Part shown: positions 19,169-29,192 of the stretch, one piece after another
Numbering within the stretch: position 1 is the stretch's first letter
How the letters are laid out: each line of letters starts with the position of its first letter
Assembly (NCBI GenBank): GCA_947453465.1
Contig: CANGGL010000001.1
Span: forward strand, 16,337-80,336
DNA: 64,000 nucleotides
Direction of reading: 5' to 3'
DNA from: Microbacteriaceae bacterium
Lineage (GTDB): Bacteria > Actinomycetota > Actinomycetes > Actinomycetales > Microbacteriaceae
Position numbers and translations under genes: made by a program
The notes under the pieces: model-generated
The model's database searches: none
What the model saw: only the letters and a program-made list of their open reading frames with translations
What the model was told of the DNA's origin: nothing

Positions 19169-20827
19169 CTATTTGACCCACGCGGTGGCGTTAGCCGGCA
19201 ACTTGCCGTCCACAACATCCTTGGTGGAGAGCAGCACCTGGCCCTTTGGCAGCTTGAAAGGCTTGGTGCCAAAGTTGGTGATGCACTGCCAGCCGTTAGG
19301 GCGCTTGAAGTGCATTACCTGTGGAGCCAGCGGGTGCTTGACCCAGGTGAACTGCTCGGCACAGACTAGGCCGCGGCGAAGACGAAGTGCGGTGCGATAA
19401 AGCGCAAGGGTTGACTTAGGGTCTTTGTCTTGCACCTCAACGTTGACATCTTTGAACCATGCCGGCTGAGGCAAGTGTGAACCGCCAGGGCCGAAGCCGA
19501 ATGACGAACCGGTCGAAGTCCAAGGCATAGGCACACGGCAACCATCGCGGCTGATGCTGCCCTCGCTGCGGAACCACTGCGGGTCTTGCATCTGCTCAGA
19601 TGGAATGTTGAGCGGCTCTTGCATGCCAAGCTCTTCACCCTGATATAAGTAGGTCGAGCCAGGCAGGGCCAACACCAACATGGTGGCCGCACGAGCGCGA
19701 TCGAAACCAAGTTCAACGTTGATCTGCTTCTCGCGGTCAGCCGAGCGGTACCACTTCGGCAGGTTGGCCAAAGCAGACTCTGGCAAACCAAAGCGGGTGG
19801 CGTGACGAATCACATCGTGGTTTGAGAACACCCAGGTGGTTGACGAACCGGTCTCGGCAGCTGCCTTCAACTGGTAATCGATGGTCGAGTGGAACTTCTT
19901 CTTGTTCCACTGGGTGCCAAGCAAGTCGAATGCAAATGACTGACCAAGGCCCTCGGTGCTGGCATAGCGGGCACGGCGGTTGGCGTGAACCCAAGCCTCG
20001 GCAACTGCCACGCGCGGTGGGTCATACTCGTTATAAACCTTGCGCCAGGTCTTGTAGATCTCGTGAACTTCATCGCGGTCAAATAGATCATCGGTGCCGT
20101 CATTCTTCATGACGCTGACATCGTATGACTGACGCTCTGGCAGGTGACCGTTCTTCAGGTCTTTGACCAGGGCGTGCGCCACATCGATGCGATAACCGTC
20201 AACACCGCGGTCAGACCAGAAACGCATAGTCTTGATGAAGTCATCGCGAACCTCTTGGTTATCCCAGTTGAAGTCAGGCTGCTCCTTGGCAAAGAGGTGC
20301 ATGTACCACTGGCCAGGGGAGCCATCTGGCTCGGTGATTCGAGTCCAGGCAGTTGGGCCGAAGTGGCTGACTAGCTCAGATGGGCGGATTTCTCCGTGCT
20401 CACCCTTGCCATCGCGGAAGATGTAGCGGTCGCGCTCTTTCGAGCCCTTCGGTGCTTTTAGCGCAGCCTGGAACCATTCGTGCTGGTCACTCGAGTGGTT
20501 AGGCACCACGTCCACAAACACACGGATGCCCGCGGCATGCAGGGTCTCGAGCATGGTGTCGAACTCGGCCAAGGTGCCGATGCGTGGGTCGATGTTGCGA
20601 TAGTCGGCAACGTCATAACCACCGTCGGCAAGCTCTGATGGGTAGAACGGGCTGAGCCAAACTGCGTCAACGCCGAGTTCCTTTAGATAAGGAACGCGCG
20701 AGGTGATGCCCTTTAGGTCACCGATGCCGTCGCCATTCTGGTCGGCATAGCTACGAGGGTAGATCTGGTAGACAACGGCCTGGCGCCACCAGTCTGCTGG
20801 GCCACGAAGGAAGGTGTGTTCAGCCAT
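19169..20827 (-). CDS. GH13 alpha-glucosidase
   Basis: WWRQAVVYQIYPRS, DVVPNH, GYRIDVAH, AEAW, SNHD, SRDGCRVP; start MAEHTF follows an RBS. Confidence 0.92.
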   Translation of the reverse strand: MAEHTFLRGPADWWRQAVVYQIYPRSYADQNGDGIGDLKGITSRVPYLKELGVDAVWLSPFYPSELADGGYDVADYRNIDPRIGTLAEFDTMLETLHAAGIRVFVDVVPNHSSDQHEWFQAALKAPKGSKERDRYIFRDGKGEHGEIRPSELVSHFGPTAWTRITEPDGSPGQWYMHLFAKEQPDFNWDNQEVRDDFIKTMRFWSDRGVDGYRIDVAHALVKDLKNGHLPERQSYDVSVMKNDGTDDLFDRDEVHEIYKTWRKVYNEYDPPRVAVAEAWVHANRRARYASTEGLGQSFAFDLLGTQWNKKKFHSTIDYQLKAAAETGSSTTWVFSNHDVIRHATRFGLPESALANLPKWYRSADREKQINVELGFDRARAATMLVLALPGSTYLYQGEELGMQEPLNIPSEQMQDPQWFRSEGSISRDGCRVPMPWTSTGSSFGFGPGGSHLPQPAWFKDVNVEVQDKDPKSTLALYRTALRLRRGLVCAEQFTWVKHPLAPQVMHFKRPNGWQCITNFGTKPFKLPKGQVLLSTKDVVDGKLPANATAWVK

Positions 20828-20876
20828 GAGCGTCTCGCTTTCACTTAGGAGTTTCAAATAGGTTATCGGATAAAGG

Positions 20877-20910
20877 AAAAGGCACCGACCCGGAGGTCGA
20901 TGCCTTTTTT
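20877..20910 (-). terminator. Intrinsic terminator
   Basis: AAAAGGCACCGACC-CGGA-GGTCGATGCCTTTT. Confidence 0.8.
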
Positions 20911-20967
20911 GATTCCCTGCCCGGATCCGCATTCGGGCAAAGTTCTTGTTACTAGGAGGGAAAACTA

Positions 20968-21561
20968 TTACGGGGTTGGAGTAACCACCGGAGCTGCCGT
21001 TGGGGCAACCTTTGGAGCCTTGATTACTTCAATGTGCTCAGGCTTGGTTGGCTTGCTTGGCTTGACCGGCGCAACTGGCTTGGCCGGGGCCGCACCTAGG
21101 GCTGCGATGGCTGCATCGCGAACGGTTGCTGCCGCTGCGATTGAAGCCTTGCGGGCTGCCAGGGCAACCGCCTTCTGCTCATCGGTGGTTGCTGCAGCCA
21201 CTGCGGTTGCATAGGTTGCGTTGGCCGACTGAACAGCAGCCTTGAAGGTCTCGCCGATTACCTTTTTGGCCGCGTCGTAAGCGGTGCGGGCAACCTTGTG
21301 TGCATCGAGGGTGGCCTGGAAGGCAACCTTGTCAGCCTTGAACTGCTCCTGAGCGGTCTTGAAAATTGCCTGAGCCGCACGGAACGCATCCATGGCGACC
21401 TTGTTTGGGTTCACGTGAGGTGCTTTAGGCGCCTTGCTAACCGAAGGGGTTGAGGTTGGGGCCGGGGTGGTGTCGGCAGCGAAAGCGCCAGCCGAGCCGC
21501 CAAGAACCAAAGCTGCGCTAAGCGCGGTGGCGACGAATGCCTTGTTGGTGATCTTGAACAT
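20968..21561 (-). CDS. Secreted Ala/Lys-rich helical protein
   Basis: Signal peptide ending AFA-A; start MFKITNK follows GAAGG. Confidence 0.75.
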   Translation of the reverse strand: MFKITNKAFVATALSAALVLGGSAGAFAADTTPAPTSTPSVSKAPKAPHVNPNKVAMDAFRAAQAIFKTAQEQFKADKVAFQATLDAHKVARTAYDAAKKVIGETFKAAVQSANATYATAVAAATTDEQKAVALAARKASIAAAATVRDAAIAALGAAPAKPVAPVKPSKPTKPEHIEVIKAPKVAPTAAPVVTPTP

Positions 21562-21743
21562 TTGAACCTTCTTCACGAGGTGAAACTTGACCGAATCTGT
21601 GGGGGCTTCTGGGGAGAAGTTGCTGGGGATTCGAACCCTGCCCAATAATGATGCGCCAGCGACTTTGTGAGTTCTATGTGAAAACCGTTCGGGAGGCTTG
21701 GGAGTTTGGTCTCAAAGTCTGGGGTGCGCCATAGCATTGAGGC

Positions 21744-22433
21744 ATGAGCGCTGCACGCATCCTTGTTGTTGATGACGAACCCGGGGTTCGCGACATGATT
21801 TGTGACACCCTGCGCCTCTCGGGTTATGAACCCTTTGAAGCCAGCGATGGTTTTCAGGCGCTCAAATGGCTGCGTGAAAACTCGGTTGATTTGGTGATCA
21901 CAGACATCAACATGCCAAACATGGATGGCTATGAGTTGCTTGAGCGCATGCGTGCCATCGGTGACGAAACCCCGGCCCTGATGCTGACCGCCCGCGGCGA
22001 GCGCGGTGATGTGACCCGAGGGTTGCGCCTGGGTGCCGACGATTATGTGACCAAGCCGTTTGGGCTTGAAGAACTGATGCTGCGTATTGCCGCGATTCTG
22101 CGCCGAACCATGGGCGCCGGTGGCTCCGGTGAATCGGCCGACATCATCTGCGGGCCGATTGTTCTGAATGAAGACCGTCACACCGTCACCTTGAACGGCA
22201 AACCGGTTGACCTATCCCCCACCGAATTCAAACTGCTCTATGAGCTCATGATCAAAGATGGCAAGGTGGTCACCAAGGCAACCCTTTTGGATGTGGTTTG
22301 GGGCATGGCCTTCGCCGCCAACGCCACCGTGGTCGACACCTACATCTCTTATCTGCGCAAGAAACTGCATACCGATGACTTCGATGGCATCAAGACCGTT
22401 CGCGGCATCGGCTTTCAGATTGTGGCTCAATAA
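21744..22433 (+). CDS. OmpR/PhoP-family response regulator
   Basis: Receiver domain (VVDDE, DINMP, DDYVTKPF) plus winged helix (VDTYISYLRKK, TVRGIGF). Confidence 0.95.
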   Translation: MSAARILVVDDEPGVRDMICDTLRLSGYEPFEASDGFQALKWLRENSVDLVITDINMPNMDGYELLERMRAIGDETPALMLTARGERGDVTRGLRLGADDYVTKPFGLEELMLRIAAILRRTMGAGGSGESADIICGPIVLNEDRHTVTLNGKPVDLSPTEFKLLYELMIKDGKVVTKATLLDVVWGMAFAANATVVDTYISYLRKKLHTDDFDGIKTVRGIGFQIVAQ

Positions 22434-22435
22434 CC

Positions 22436-23836
22436 GTGCGACTGCAGACCCGGCTGTCGATTGCGACGGCCTCAATAATCTCCTTGGTTTCGGTGGCAAT
22501 TGGCGGCTTTGCTGTCTCTACCTCGTTTGATAGCGACATCGCCCGGGTTGATGATGGCCTAACCGTTGCGGCCAAGCAGGTTCGACAGTCCACCGGTGAC
22601 CCGGTGACCTCGGCCCTTCTCGCCGGCGAGCAATCGGCCATCGGCCTAACCGTTGACTTCCTCTCACTCAACAACGACCTAATCGCGCTTAGCCCGGGTT
22701 CGGTTGAACTCATCAACGCTCCCTCCACCGCCGTGCTGAAGTCGGCAATAACGCATGCGGTCACGGTTAGTGGCGGCGCCCGAGACATGGCCAGCAACCA
22801 GGCCACCTATCGCCTGCGCACTGTTGCCCTGCCTGACAACGAATACGTGATCTTTGCCACCTCACTGGCCGCACAAATCGAGAGTCGCGATTCGAACATC
22901 CGGTTGCTGCTGTGGTTCATCCTTGGCTCGGTGCTTTTTGGTGCGGTTGCCATTGCACTCTTTATTCGCCGCGATGTTCGCAAGATAACCCGCCTGGTTG
23001 ATGCCGCTGGGCAGATTGCCGAGGGCAAGGCCGATGTTGCGCTGCCGGCTGGCCTTGGCGCCTCAGAGGTTGACCGCCTGGCCCGCGCGCTGCGGAACAT
23101 GGTTGACTCACTGCAGCATTCGATTGACCTTGAGCGCAAGACGCAGCAGAACATGCAAACCTTCTTGGGCGATGCCTCTCACGAGCTGCGCACCCCACTG
23201 ACCGTGATCAAGGGTTATGTTGAGCTGCTGCAGAAGAACCCCGATGCCGGCGTTGAACAATCTACCCGCGCCTATGACCGCATGCTGGCCGAGGCTAACC
23301 GCATGGATGCCCTGATTCGCGACCTACTGTTACTGGCCGAACTGGGCGAGACCAAGACCGATACCAAAATCATGAGCGAGCTATCGGTCATCGACCTATC
23401 TGCCGTGGTGAGCACCGCGGTTGATGACCTGCGAGTTTTGCAGCCGAACCGGCCCGTGGTTGTTTCAATTCAGCCGGGCATCGATGTGCTGGGCGCGCGC
23501 GACTTGATTCTGCAGGTGCTCGCAAACCTGACCTCGAACATTCGCCGGCACACCCTTGAGACCGATTCACTGCGGGTCTCACTGCACACCGAAGATGGCA
23601 TGCTTGCCGTGCTGAGTTTTGACGACAGCGGGCGAGGTTTGCCGGAAGAGTTTTATGCCGCGGGCATCAACCATTTTCAGCGCTTCGACAACTCACGGTC
23701 ACGAGCCTCGGGTGGCTCTGGCCTGGGCATGAGCATCATGGCCGCAATCGTTGAAAAGCACGGCGGGCAAATCACCCTCGAGCGCAGCGATCTCGGAGGT
23801 TTGCGAACCGAGATTCGCCTACCGCTAGCTAGCTAG
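22436..23836 (+). CDS. HAMP sensor histidine kinase
   Basis: Two TM segments, DASHELRTP, DDSGRG, GSGLGMSI. Confidence 0.95.
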   Translation: MRLQTRLSIATASIISLVSVAIGGFAVSTSFDSDIARVDDGLTVAAKQVRQSTGDPVTSALLAGEQSAIGLTVDFLSLNNDLIALSPGSVELINAPSTAVLKSAITHAVTVSGGARDMASNQATYRLRTVALPDNEYVIFATSLAAQIESRDSNIRLLLWFILGSVLFGAVAIALFIRRDVRKITRLVDAAGQIAEGKADVALPAGLGASEVDRLARALRNMVDSLQHSIDLERKTQQNMQTFLGDASHELRTPLTVIKGYVELLQKNPDAGVEQSTRAYDRMLAEANRMDALIRDLLLLAELGETKTDTKIMSELSVIDLSAVVSTAVDDLRVLQPNRPVVVSIQPGIDVLGARDLILQVLANLTSNIRRHTLETDSLRVSLHTEDGMLAVLSFDDSGRGLPEEFYAAGINHFQRFDNSRSRASGGSGLGMSIMAAIVEKHGGQITLERSDLGGLRTEIRLPLAS

Positions 23837-24871
23837 GATCTGGCGAACGCGCGGCACAACCTTCGTTGCATAGAGCTCGATTGACTTCATCAGCAGCTCG
23901 TGAGGCACTGGCCCGTTTGCATATTTGAGGTCAAAGCGTGAGGCACCGACGGCCTGGATTGCATAGGCAATCTTCTGCGCAACGGTCTCTGGTGAACCAA
24001 CGTATAGCGAGCCGTGCTCAACCTCTTGGGTGAAGTGTGACTTGCTGGCTGGGCCCCAACCGCGCTCTCGACCAAGACGGTCGATGAACTTCTCATAGTG
24101 AGGCCACAGTGAATCTTTGGCTTCTTGATCAGTCTCGGCAATGTGACCCGGTGAGTGAATCGAAATTGGCAAAGTCTTCTGGCCAAACTTCTCGAGGGCC
24201 TCGTGATAAAGATTTGCATAGGGCGCAAAGCGTGCAGGGTCGCCACCGATGATGGCCAGCGCCATCGGGATGCCCAGGCGTGCGGCACGAATGACCGACT
24301 CAGGGCTGCCACCGACACCGACGCGCATCTTCATGGCGCCAGACTCAGTCTTCGGGAAGACATCTTGGTTGGTGAGGCTCTTGCGAGTGGTGCCCGACCA
24401 GGTGACCGGGGCCTCTTTGAATAGCTCGACGAGCAGCTCAAGCTTCTCTTCGAACAGGGCGTTGTAATCGCTGAGTTCGTAGCCGAACAGCGGGAAAGAC
24501 TCGGTGAATGAACCACGGCCGGCGGTGATCTCGGCACGGCCATGTGAAAGAGCATCGATGGTTGAGAAGCGCTGGAACACACGAACCGGGTCATCGCTGG
24601 AAAGCACTGTGACGCCGGTGCCCAGGGTGATGTTCTTTGTCACGGTGGCAATGCCGGCCAGAACGGTGTCTGGTGCCGAAACCGCAAAGTCATCGCGGTG
24701 GTGTTCACCGATGTTGAAGTTGGCTAGGCCAAGTTGGTCGGCAAGCTTGGCCTGCTCAACGATGTTGCGGATGACCTGCGCAGCGGTGTCTGGGGTGCCG
24801 TCAAGTTTTACGGTCATGTCACCGAAGGTGTCGAGGCCAAAGGTAATCTCTGCTGGATTGATTGCGTTCAC
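23825..24871 (-). CDS. LLM-class flavin-dependent oxidoreductase
   Basis: GEHH, VTVLSSDDPVRVFQRF, GRGSFTESFPLFG. Confidence 0.92.
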   Translation of the reverse strand: MNAINPAEITFGLDTFGDMTVKLDGTPDTAAQVIRNIVEQAKLADQLGLANFNIGEHHRDDFAVSAPDTVLAGIATVTKNITLGTGVTVLSSDDPVRVFQRFSTIDALSHGRAEITAGRGSFTESFPLFGYELSDYNALFEEKLELLVELFKEAPVTWSGTTRKSLTNQDVFPKTESGAMKMRVGVGGSPESVIRAARLGIPMALAIIGGDPARFAPYANLYHEALEKFGQKTLPISIHSPGHIAETDQEAKDSLWPHYEKFIDRLGRERGWGPASKSHFTQEVEHGSLYVGSPETVAQKIAYAIQAVGASRFDLKYANGPVPHELLMKSIELYATKVVPRVRQILAS

Positions 24872-24917
24872 GAGATAAGTTTATGCCCGCGGAAGCAATC
24901 TGTCTAGTGGGGGTTTA

Positions 24918-25322
24918 CTAAAGTTGGGCGTCAACTATCCAGTCGTGGCCCAGGGCAAGCATCCGTTCATCCGAGGTGAGGAGGATCGCTTCTTCGTGAA
25001 GCGCCTGGGCAAGAATCATGCGATCGATCGGGTCGCCAGATTCAAAACTTAGAAACGACTTCGAAGCCTCTGCATGCTCGGCGCGCAATGAGATCTCTTC
25101 GAAACCAGCCTCAATAGCTGCTGCTGCGAAGCCTTCACTCAGTCGCAGTGCGGGTTTGCCATTTCGACCGAGTTTCTGACTCTTCAAGGTCAGCTCAAAA
25201 ATCGAAGCGGCCGAGAACCAGAGTTGCGGCGCGAGCTCTATTCGATTTCTCGCAGCATGACCTAGTTTCTCGGGAGAACGCAGAACCCAAATGAGAGCGT
25301 TGGAGTCGAGCAGCAACTTCAC
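24918..25322 (-). CDS. vapC: VapC PIN-domain toxin
   Basis: LLLDSNALIW, SIFE, DPIDRMILAQA, LLTSD; GTGA overlap with the antitoxin stop. Confidence 0.9.
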   Translation of the reverse strand: MKLLLDSNALIWVLRSPEKLGHAARNRIELAPQLWFSAASIFELTLKSQKLGRNGKPALRLSEGFAAAAIEAGFEEISLRAEHAEASKSFLSFESGDPIDRMILAQALHEEAILLTSDERMLALGHDWIVDAQL

Positions 25323-25579
25323 CACTTGGATAGATCCTCGCCCGCCCAAGGGTCCCACGGCTCGGGGGCAAAAAACTCTTTCTCTTCTTCATCGGTCATG
25401 TTGTATTCAATAAGGTGCGCCAGAGAACCGAGAACAAATTTTTTCTTCGGTGTGTGTGGCATCAAATCAACCAAAGGCTGGCCCGAGCGAGCAATCGTCA
25501 CGGACTCGCCCGCGAGAACCTCTTCGATCAATTTCGATAGGTTGCTCTTTGCATCATGCATGTTGTAAATCTTCGCCAT
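25319..25579 (-). CDS. Phd/YefM-family antitoxin
   Basis: NMHDAKSNLSKLIEEV..GESVTIAR; acidic C-terminus. Confidence 0.9.
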   Translation of the reverse strand: MAKIYNMHDAKSNLSKLIEEVLAGESVTIARSGQPLVDLMPHTPKKKFVLGSLAHLIEYNMTDEEEKEFFAPEPWDPWAGEDLSKW

Positions 25580-25585
25580 ATCCCG

Positions 25586-25614
25586 ACTTTAGTTAGCCCA
25601 CTTAGCCCGGTCAA
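25586..25614 (-). promoter_or_regulatory. Leaderless TA promoter with GGGCTAA direct repeats in the spacer
   Basis: Minus strand reads TTGACC-GGGCTAAGTGGGCTAAC-TAAAGT-N6-ATG. Confidence 0.75.
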
Positions 25615-25679
25615 GAGCAAAGCCCCAAAATGTGGATAGATTTGGCAATAACCAAATGCTGTGGAGAGTTGAACCAACC

Positions 25680-26435
25680 ATGACCAACAGACCAAACACC
25701 CGCGCCAAATCAAAAATCACCGGTGACCAGTTTTCCGAATTCGCCGCCACCCGCCGCAGCACCCGAGACTTCTTGCCAACCCCGGTGCCGCAGGAGGTTC
25801 TCGATGAGATTCTGCGCGATGCGATGACCGCACCATCTTGGTCAAACACCAAGCCGATTTTGGTTGCAGTTGCCTCTGGTGAAAAGCGCGACCGTCTCTC
25901 GGCCGACTTCATGGCCCACTGGAAGGCGGTTCAGGCTGCGCGCTCTGGCGGCCTGCTGCCTAAGTTGAAACTGGTCTTCACCCGGTTTGGCCTACCAAGC
26001 AGCAACGCGTTTATCGCCAAACCATACGTGAAGTCACTTTTGCCCCGCGCCCAGCGCGTTGGCAAAGAGATGTTCACCGCGCTGGGAATTGCCCGCGGAG
26101 ACAACGCGGCCCGCAACGCCAGCTGGGCCAAGAACTATGAGTTCTTTGGCGCACCAACCGAGCTGTTCATCTTTGCTCACAAGAGCCTCGGGGTTTTCTC
26201 AGCCAACGATGCCGGTCTGTTTGTGCAGAACCTGATGCTCTCGGCTCATGCCCGCGGCCTTGGCACCTGCGCCCAAGGCGCGCTATCCACCTGGGACAAC
26301 GTGGTTCGCAAAGAGTTTGACGTGCCTGAGGGTTACCGCTTCTTGTATGGCATCGCCATCGGTTATGCCAGTGACGCACCGATCAACGACTTCGGCGCAC
26401 ACCGCCTCGACATCGAAGAGATTGTTCTTAGATGA
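25680..26435 (+). CDS. Nitroreductase
   Basis: RRSTRDF, APSWSNTKP, FFGAP, QNLMLSAHARGLGTC, GIAIGY. Confidence 0.92.
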   Translation: MTNRPNTRAKSKITGDQFSEFAATRRSTRDFLPTPVPQEVLDEILRDAMTAPSWSNTKPILVAVASGEKRDRLSADFMAHWKAVQAARSGGLLPKLKLVFTRFGLPSSNAFIAKPYVKSLLPRAQRVGKEMFTALGIARGDNAARNASWAKNYEFFGAPTELFIFAHKSLGVFSANDAGLFVQNLMLSAHARGLGTCAQGALSTWDNVVRKEFDVPEGYRFLYGIAIGYASDAPINDFGAHRLDIEEIVLR

Positions 26436-26445
26436 GAGTTCGCTC

Positions 26446-26940
26446 TTAGATAGTCGGGTTCGTCCTGGCGCGAACCACGCGACTCACAAAATCTCGCGGC
26501 GTCAGAATCAGCCCGCCGTTCCAAGGATTCATTTCTAATAGGTCTGCGTCGTTAGTCACGATTACAAGAGCGTCAACGGCAAATGCGAGGTCCAAGATCA
26601 GGTTGTCCTCGAAGTCCTTGTTCTCGCTGGTGTGACGAGGTGGTTCAACAATCGATCCGCCTGATTGGTGCACGATCTCGGTGATTGCCAACGAGGCGAC
26701 GTTTGCTAATTCCTCTGAGCACCCCATGCTCTTGCGCATGATTCGAACCGTGTTCTTCATGATGTGCGGAGACAGAAATAGCTTGAAATCCTCACCATCA
26801 AACGCCAAGGAAATCGCGTCGGCGGCCCAGTTGCCACTTGTCGGTGGGACTTCTTCAATAAGCGGAAATGTGGACTTCGGCCCCGTTAGGCCATTAATAA
26901 TGACGTTGATGTCGAAAATTGCCCTAAGCGAGTGCGGCAT
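26446..26940 (-). CDS. PIN-domain putative toxin (PIN_3-like)
   Basis: AIFDINVII, DFEDNLILDLA, IVTNDADLL, ILTPRDF. Confidence 0.85.
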   Translation of the reverse strand: MPHSLRAIFDINVIINGLTGPKSTFPLIEEVPPTSGNWAADAISLAFDGEDFKLFLSPHIMKNTVRIMRKSMGCSEELANVASLAITEIVHQSGGSIVEPPRHTSENKDFEDNLILDLAFAVDALVIVTNDADLLEMNPWNGGLILTPRDFVSRVVRARTNPTI

Positions 26941-27175
26941 TTGCAGACTTCACCATTGCTACGACTTCTTCAGTGGTGAATACGCGACCTTTTAATTCAC
27001 GATGAGCCATGTCCTGGATGTCAGCAAGGCGCTTTGCGAAACGGTCGCGGGCCATTTTCTTCATTGCCATTCGCAGAAATTCAGACCGGTTGCCATCGGC
27101 ATAAAACTCAACAAGCTCTTCCAACAGAGCCTTGTCTTCTTCAGCAATGGCAAAACCAACGGTTACTGCAGCCAT
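26924..27175 (-). CDS. Ribbon-helix-helix antitoxin
   Basis: Beta strand-helix-GNRSEFLR pattern; overlaps the PIN gene. Confidence 0.8.
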   Translation of the reverse strand: MAAVTVGFAIAEEDKALLEELVEFYADGNRSEFLRMAMKKMARDRFAKRLADIQDMAHRELKGRVFTTEEVVAMVKSANAALA

Positions 27176-27259
27176 GATCTACCTCTCGTATGCAACGCGT
27201 GTGCAATTACTTAAAGGTTAGACCTCGCATAAGACAAAGTAAACGGGCAAAGCCGTAAT

Positions 27260-28369
27260 TTAGGCGCGAACCCACTCGCGTGAGACGGCAAATCGCTCGA
27301 TAATTTCAGGGATTGGGTCGACACCGATTCCAGGGCCGGTTGGCACCGAGATGTGACCGTCGACGAGCACGAACGGCTCGGTTAGGTCAGTCTCGAAATA
27401 ACGACCTGAGGCCGAGGTGTCACCAGGCAAGGTGAAACCAGGCAGGGCGGCGAGGGCAAGGTTTGCCGCACGGCCAATACCGGTCTCGAGCATGCCACCA
27501 CACCAGACCGGGATGTTGTTGGCAACCGAAACGTCGTGGATCTTGCGAGACTCGATGTAACCACCCACGCGTGAAGGCTTAATGTTGATGATCTCGGCGG
27601 CGCCGAGCTCGATGGCATCGCGAGCGATGTCGGCCGAGACGATGCTTTCATCGAGGCAAACCGGAGTCTCTATGTAGTCGGCCAACTTGGCGTGACCAAG
27701 CACGTCTTCTTCATTGATCGGCTGCTCGATAAGCAATAGGTTGAACTCGTCGAGACGCTTGAGCAAGTCAAAGTCATCGCGGGTATATGCGGTGTTGGCA
27801 TCAACCTGAAGCAACAGGTCATCGCCAAACTTCTCGCGAACCATCTTCACCGGCTCGTAATCCCAGCCCGGCTCAATCTTTAGCTTGATGCGAACATAGC
27901 CCTCGGCCAGATAGCCGGCGACGAAGCGCTCGAGCTCATCCATGCTGTTCATAATGCCAACCGAAACACCCGACGGCACCTTCTCTTTATTGGCGCCGAG
28001 GTAGGTGGCAAAAGAGGTGTTGGCGGCGCGCAGCTGGGCGTCAAGGATGGAGGTTTCGAGCGCTGCCTTGGCCATGCGGTGACCCTTGGCCCAGTGCAGG
28101 GTTGGCGCCACGGCCTCGGCGGTGAGGTCATTGCCCAACTTGAAAAGGTCTGGCAGCAAGAACTCTTTCATCACAGCCATTGCGCCGGTGTGATATTCGC
28201 TCGAGTAGTCGGGGCGGTCATTGGCACCACACTCGGCCCAACCCTCGCCAACATCGGTGATGGCGTGAGCCCAAACCACCTCGTGCACGTTGACCGAGCT
28301 GAATGAGGTTCTGAAGGCTGACTTCAGTGGCACATTCAAACGGATGAGTTCTACGGCTTCGAGCTTCAT
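27260..28369 (-). CDS. menC: o-succinylbenzoate synthase / N-succinylamino acid racemase (NSAR/OSBS)
   Basis: KLKIEPG, VDAN, IEQP, LDES, NIKPSRVGG, WCGGMLETGIGRAAN, PGDTSAS. Confidence 0.9.
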   Translation of the reverse strand: MKLEAVELIRLNVPLKSAFRTSFSSVNVHEVVWAHAITDVGEGWAECGANDRPDYSSEYHTGAMAVMKEFLLPDLFKLGNDLTAEAVAPTLHWAKGHRMAKAALETSILDAQLRAANTSFATYLGANKEKVPSGVSVGIMNSMDELERFVAGYLAEGYVRIKLKIEPGWDYEPVKMVREKFGDDLLLQVDANTAYTRDDFDLLKRLDEFNLLLIEQPINEEDVLGHAKLADYIETPVCLDESIVSADIARDAIELGAAEIINIKPSRVGGYIESRKIHDVSVANNIPVWCGGMLETGIGRAANLALAALPGFTLPGDTSASGRYFETDLTEPFVLVDGHISVPTGPGIGVDPIPEIIERFAVSREWVRA

Positions 28370-28382
28370 TCTTCTGATTCCC

Positions 28383-29126
28383 TTATTCTGGAGATTTTTC
28401 GAGGACGAGTGATTGGCGGTTCAAAACTCCGGTGACCTGATAACCCTCGGCAATGGCCGGCTCGAGCACCTCGCGCACTCGCGCGCGCCACTCGAGGGCC
28501 TCGGCAAGATTGGTCTTGCGCAAGGCCTCGATGTCTGCCGGCAATTCAACCAGGATGGCCTCGACGGTTTGCTCTGAAGCGGGGATACCGGCAGCAGCTG
28601 AACGATCGCCCGCGTTGGTGACGCCAACCGATTCGGCGGCGGCCTCGCTGATTGGCCAATAGGTGAAGAGGCGGTCTGACTCATCGCCAGCATTGATGGC
28701 ATCGGTCATGGTGCCATAGAAGTTTGGGAGATACTCGATGCCGATGGCGCCGAGCTTCTCGAAGTTGAAGACTGCGTTGCGGCGAACCAGCGGGTCGAAG
28801 GTCCAGGTAATTGCATCGATGCCCTGCTCGGCGGCCCACTGCTTCTGGTGCAGTTTGAGGGCAAAGCCGGCCCCCGGCACCGTCGCCGCGGTCACGTGCG
28901 AGTGAAGAATTCGCTGGTCATCCAAGGCCCCCTGAAAACCGAATGATGCTCCAACGATTTGGCCATCGATTTTGGCAACCGCCGAATAACCACCGACGTG
29001 CTGCACGGCAAGGGCCAGGTCAAACGGAACGACCTCGGGGCCATCGGCCCATACCTGCCTGAAAAACGCGCTCATTGCCTCGGTGTCTTCAATCGAAGAA
29101 ACGAGGTGGAGCTGTGGCTGAGACAT
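28383..29126 (-). CDS. GNAT acyltransferase (putative D-amino acid N-succinyltransferase)
   Basis: LHSH, LKLHQ, WTFDPL..RNA.FN..KLGA, NFYG, SDRL; directly upstream of NSAR. Confidence 0.8.
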   Translation of the reverse strand: MSQPQLHLVSSIEDTEAMSAFFRQVWADGPEVVPFDLALAVQHVGGYSAVAKIDGQIVGASFGFQGALDDQRILHSHVTAATVPGAGFALKLHQKQWAAEQGIDAITWTFDPLVRRNAVFNFEKLGAIGIEYLPNFYGTMTDAINAGDESDRLFTYWPISEAAAESVGVTNAGDRSAAAGIPASEQTVEAILVELPADIEALRKTNLAEALEWRARVREVLEPAIAEGYQVTGVLNRQSLVLEKSPE

Positions 29127-29192
29127 TTGAATCTTTCGTGAAAAAGGGTGGGCCCTCGGCCGAAGCCGTTGACCCACCCCCGAATTTTTTGG

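Noticed and set aside
27260-28369. Menaquinone biosynthesis cluster
   Set aside because: No other men genes nearby; the GNAT and ABC context points to the racemase role.
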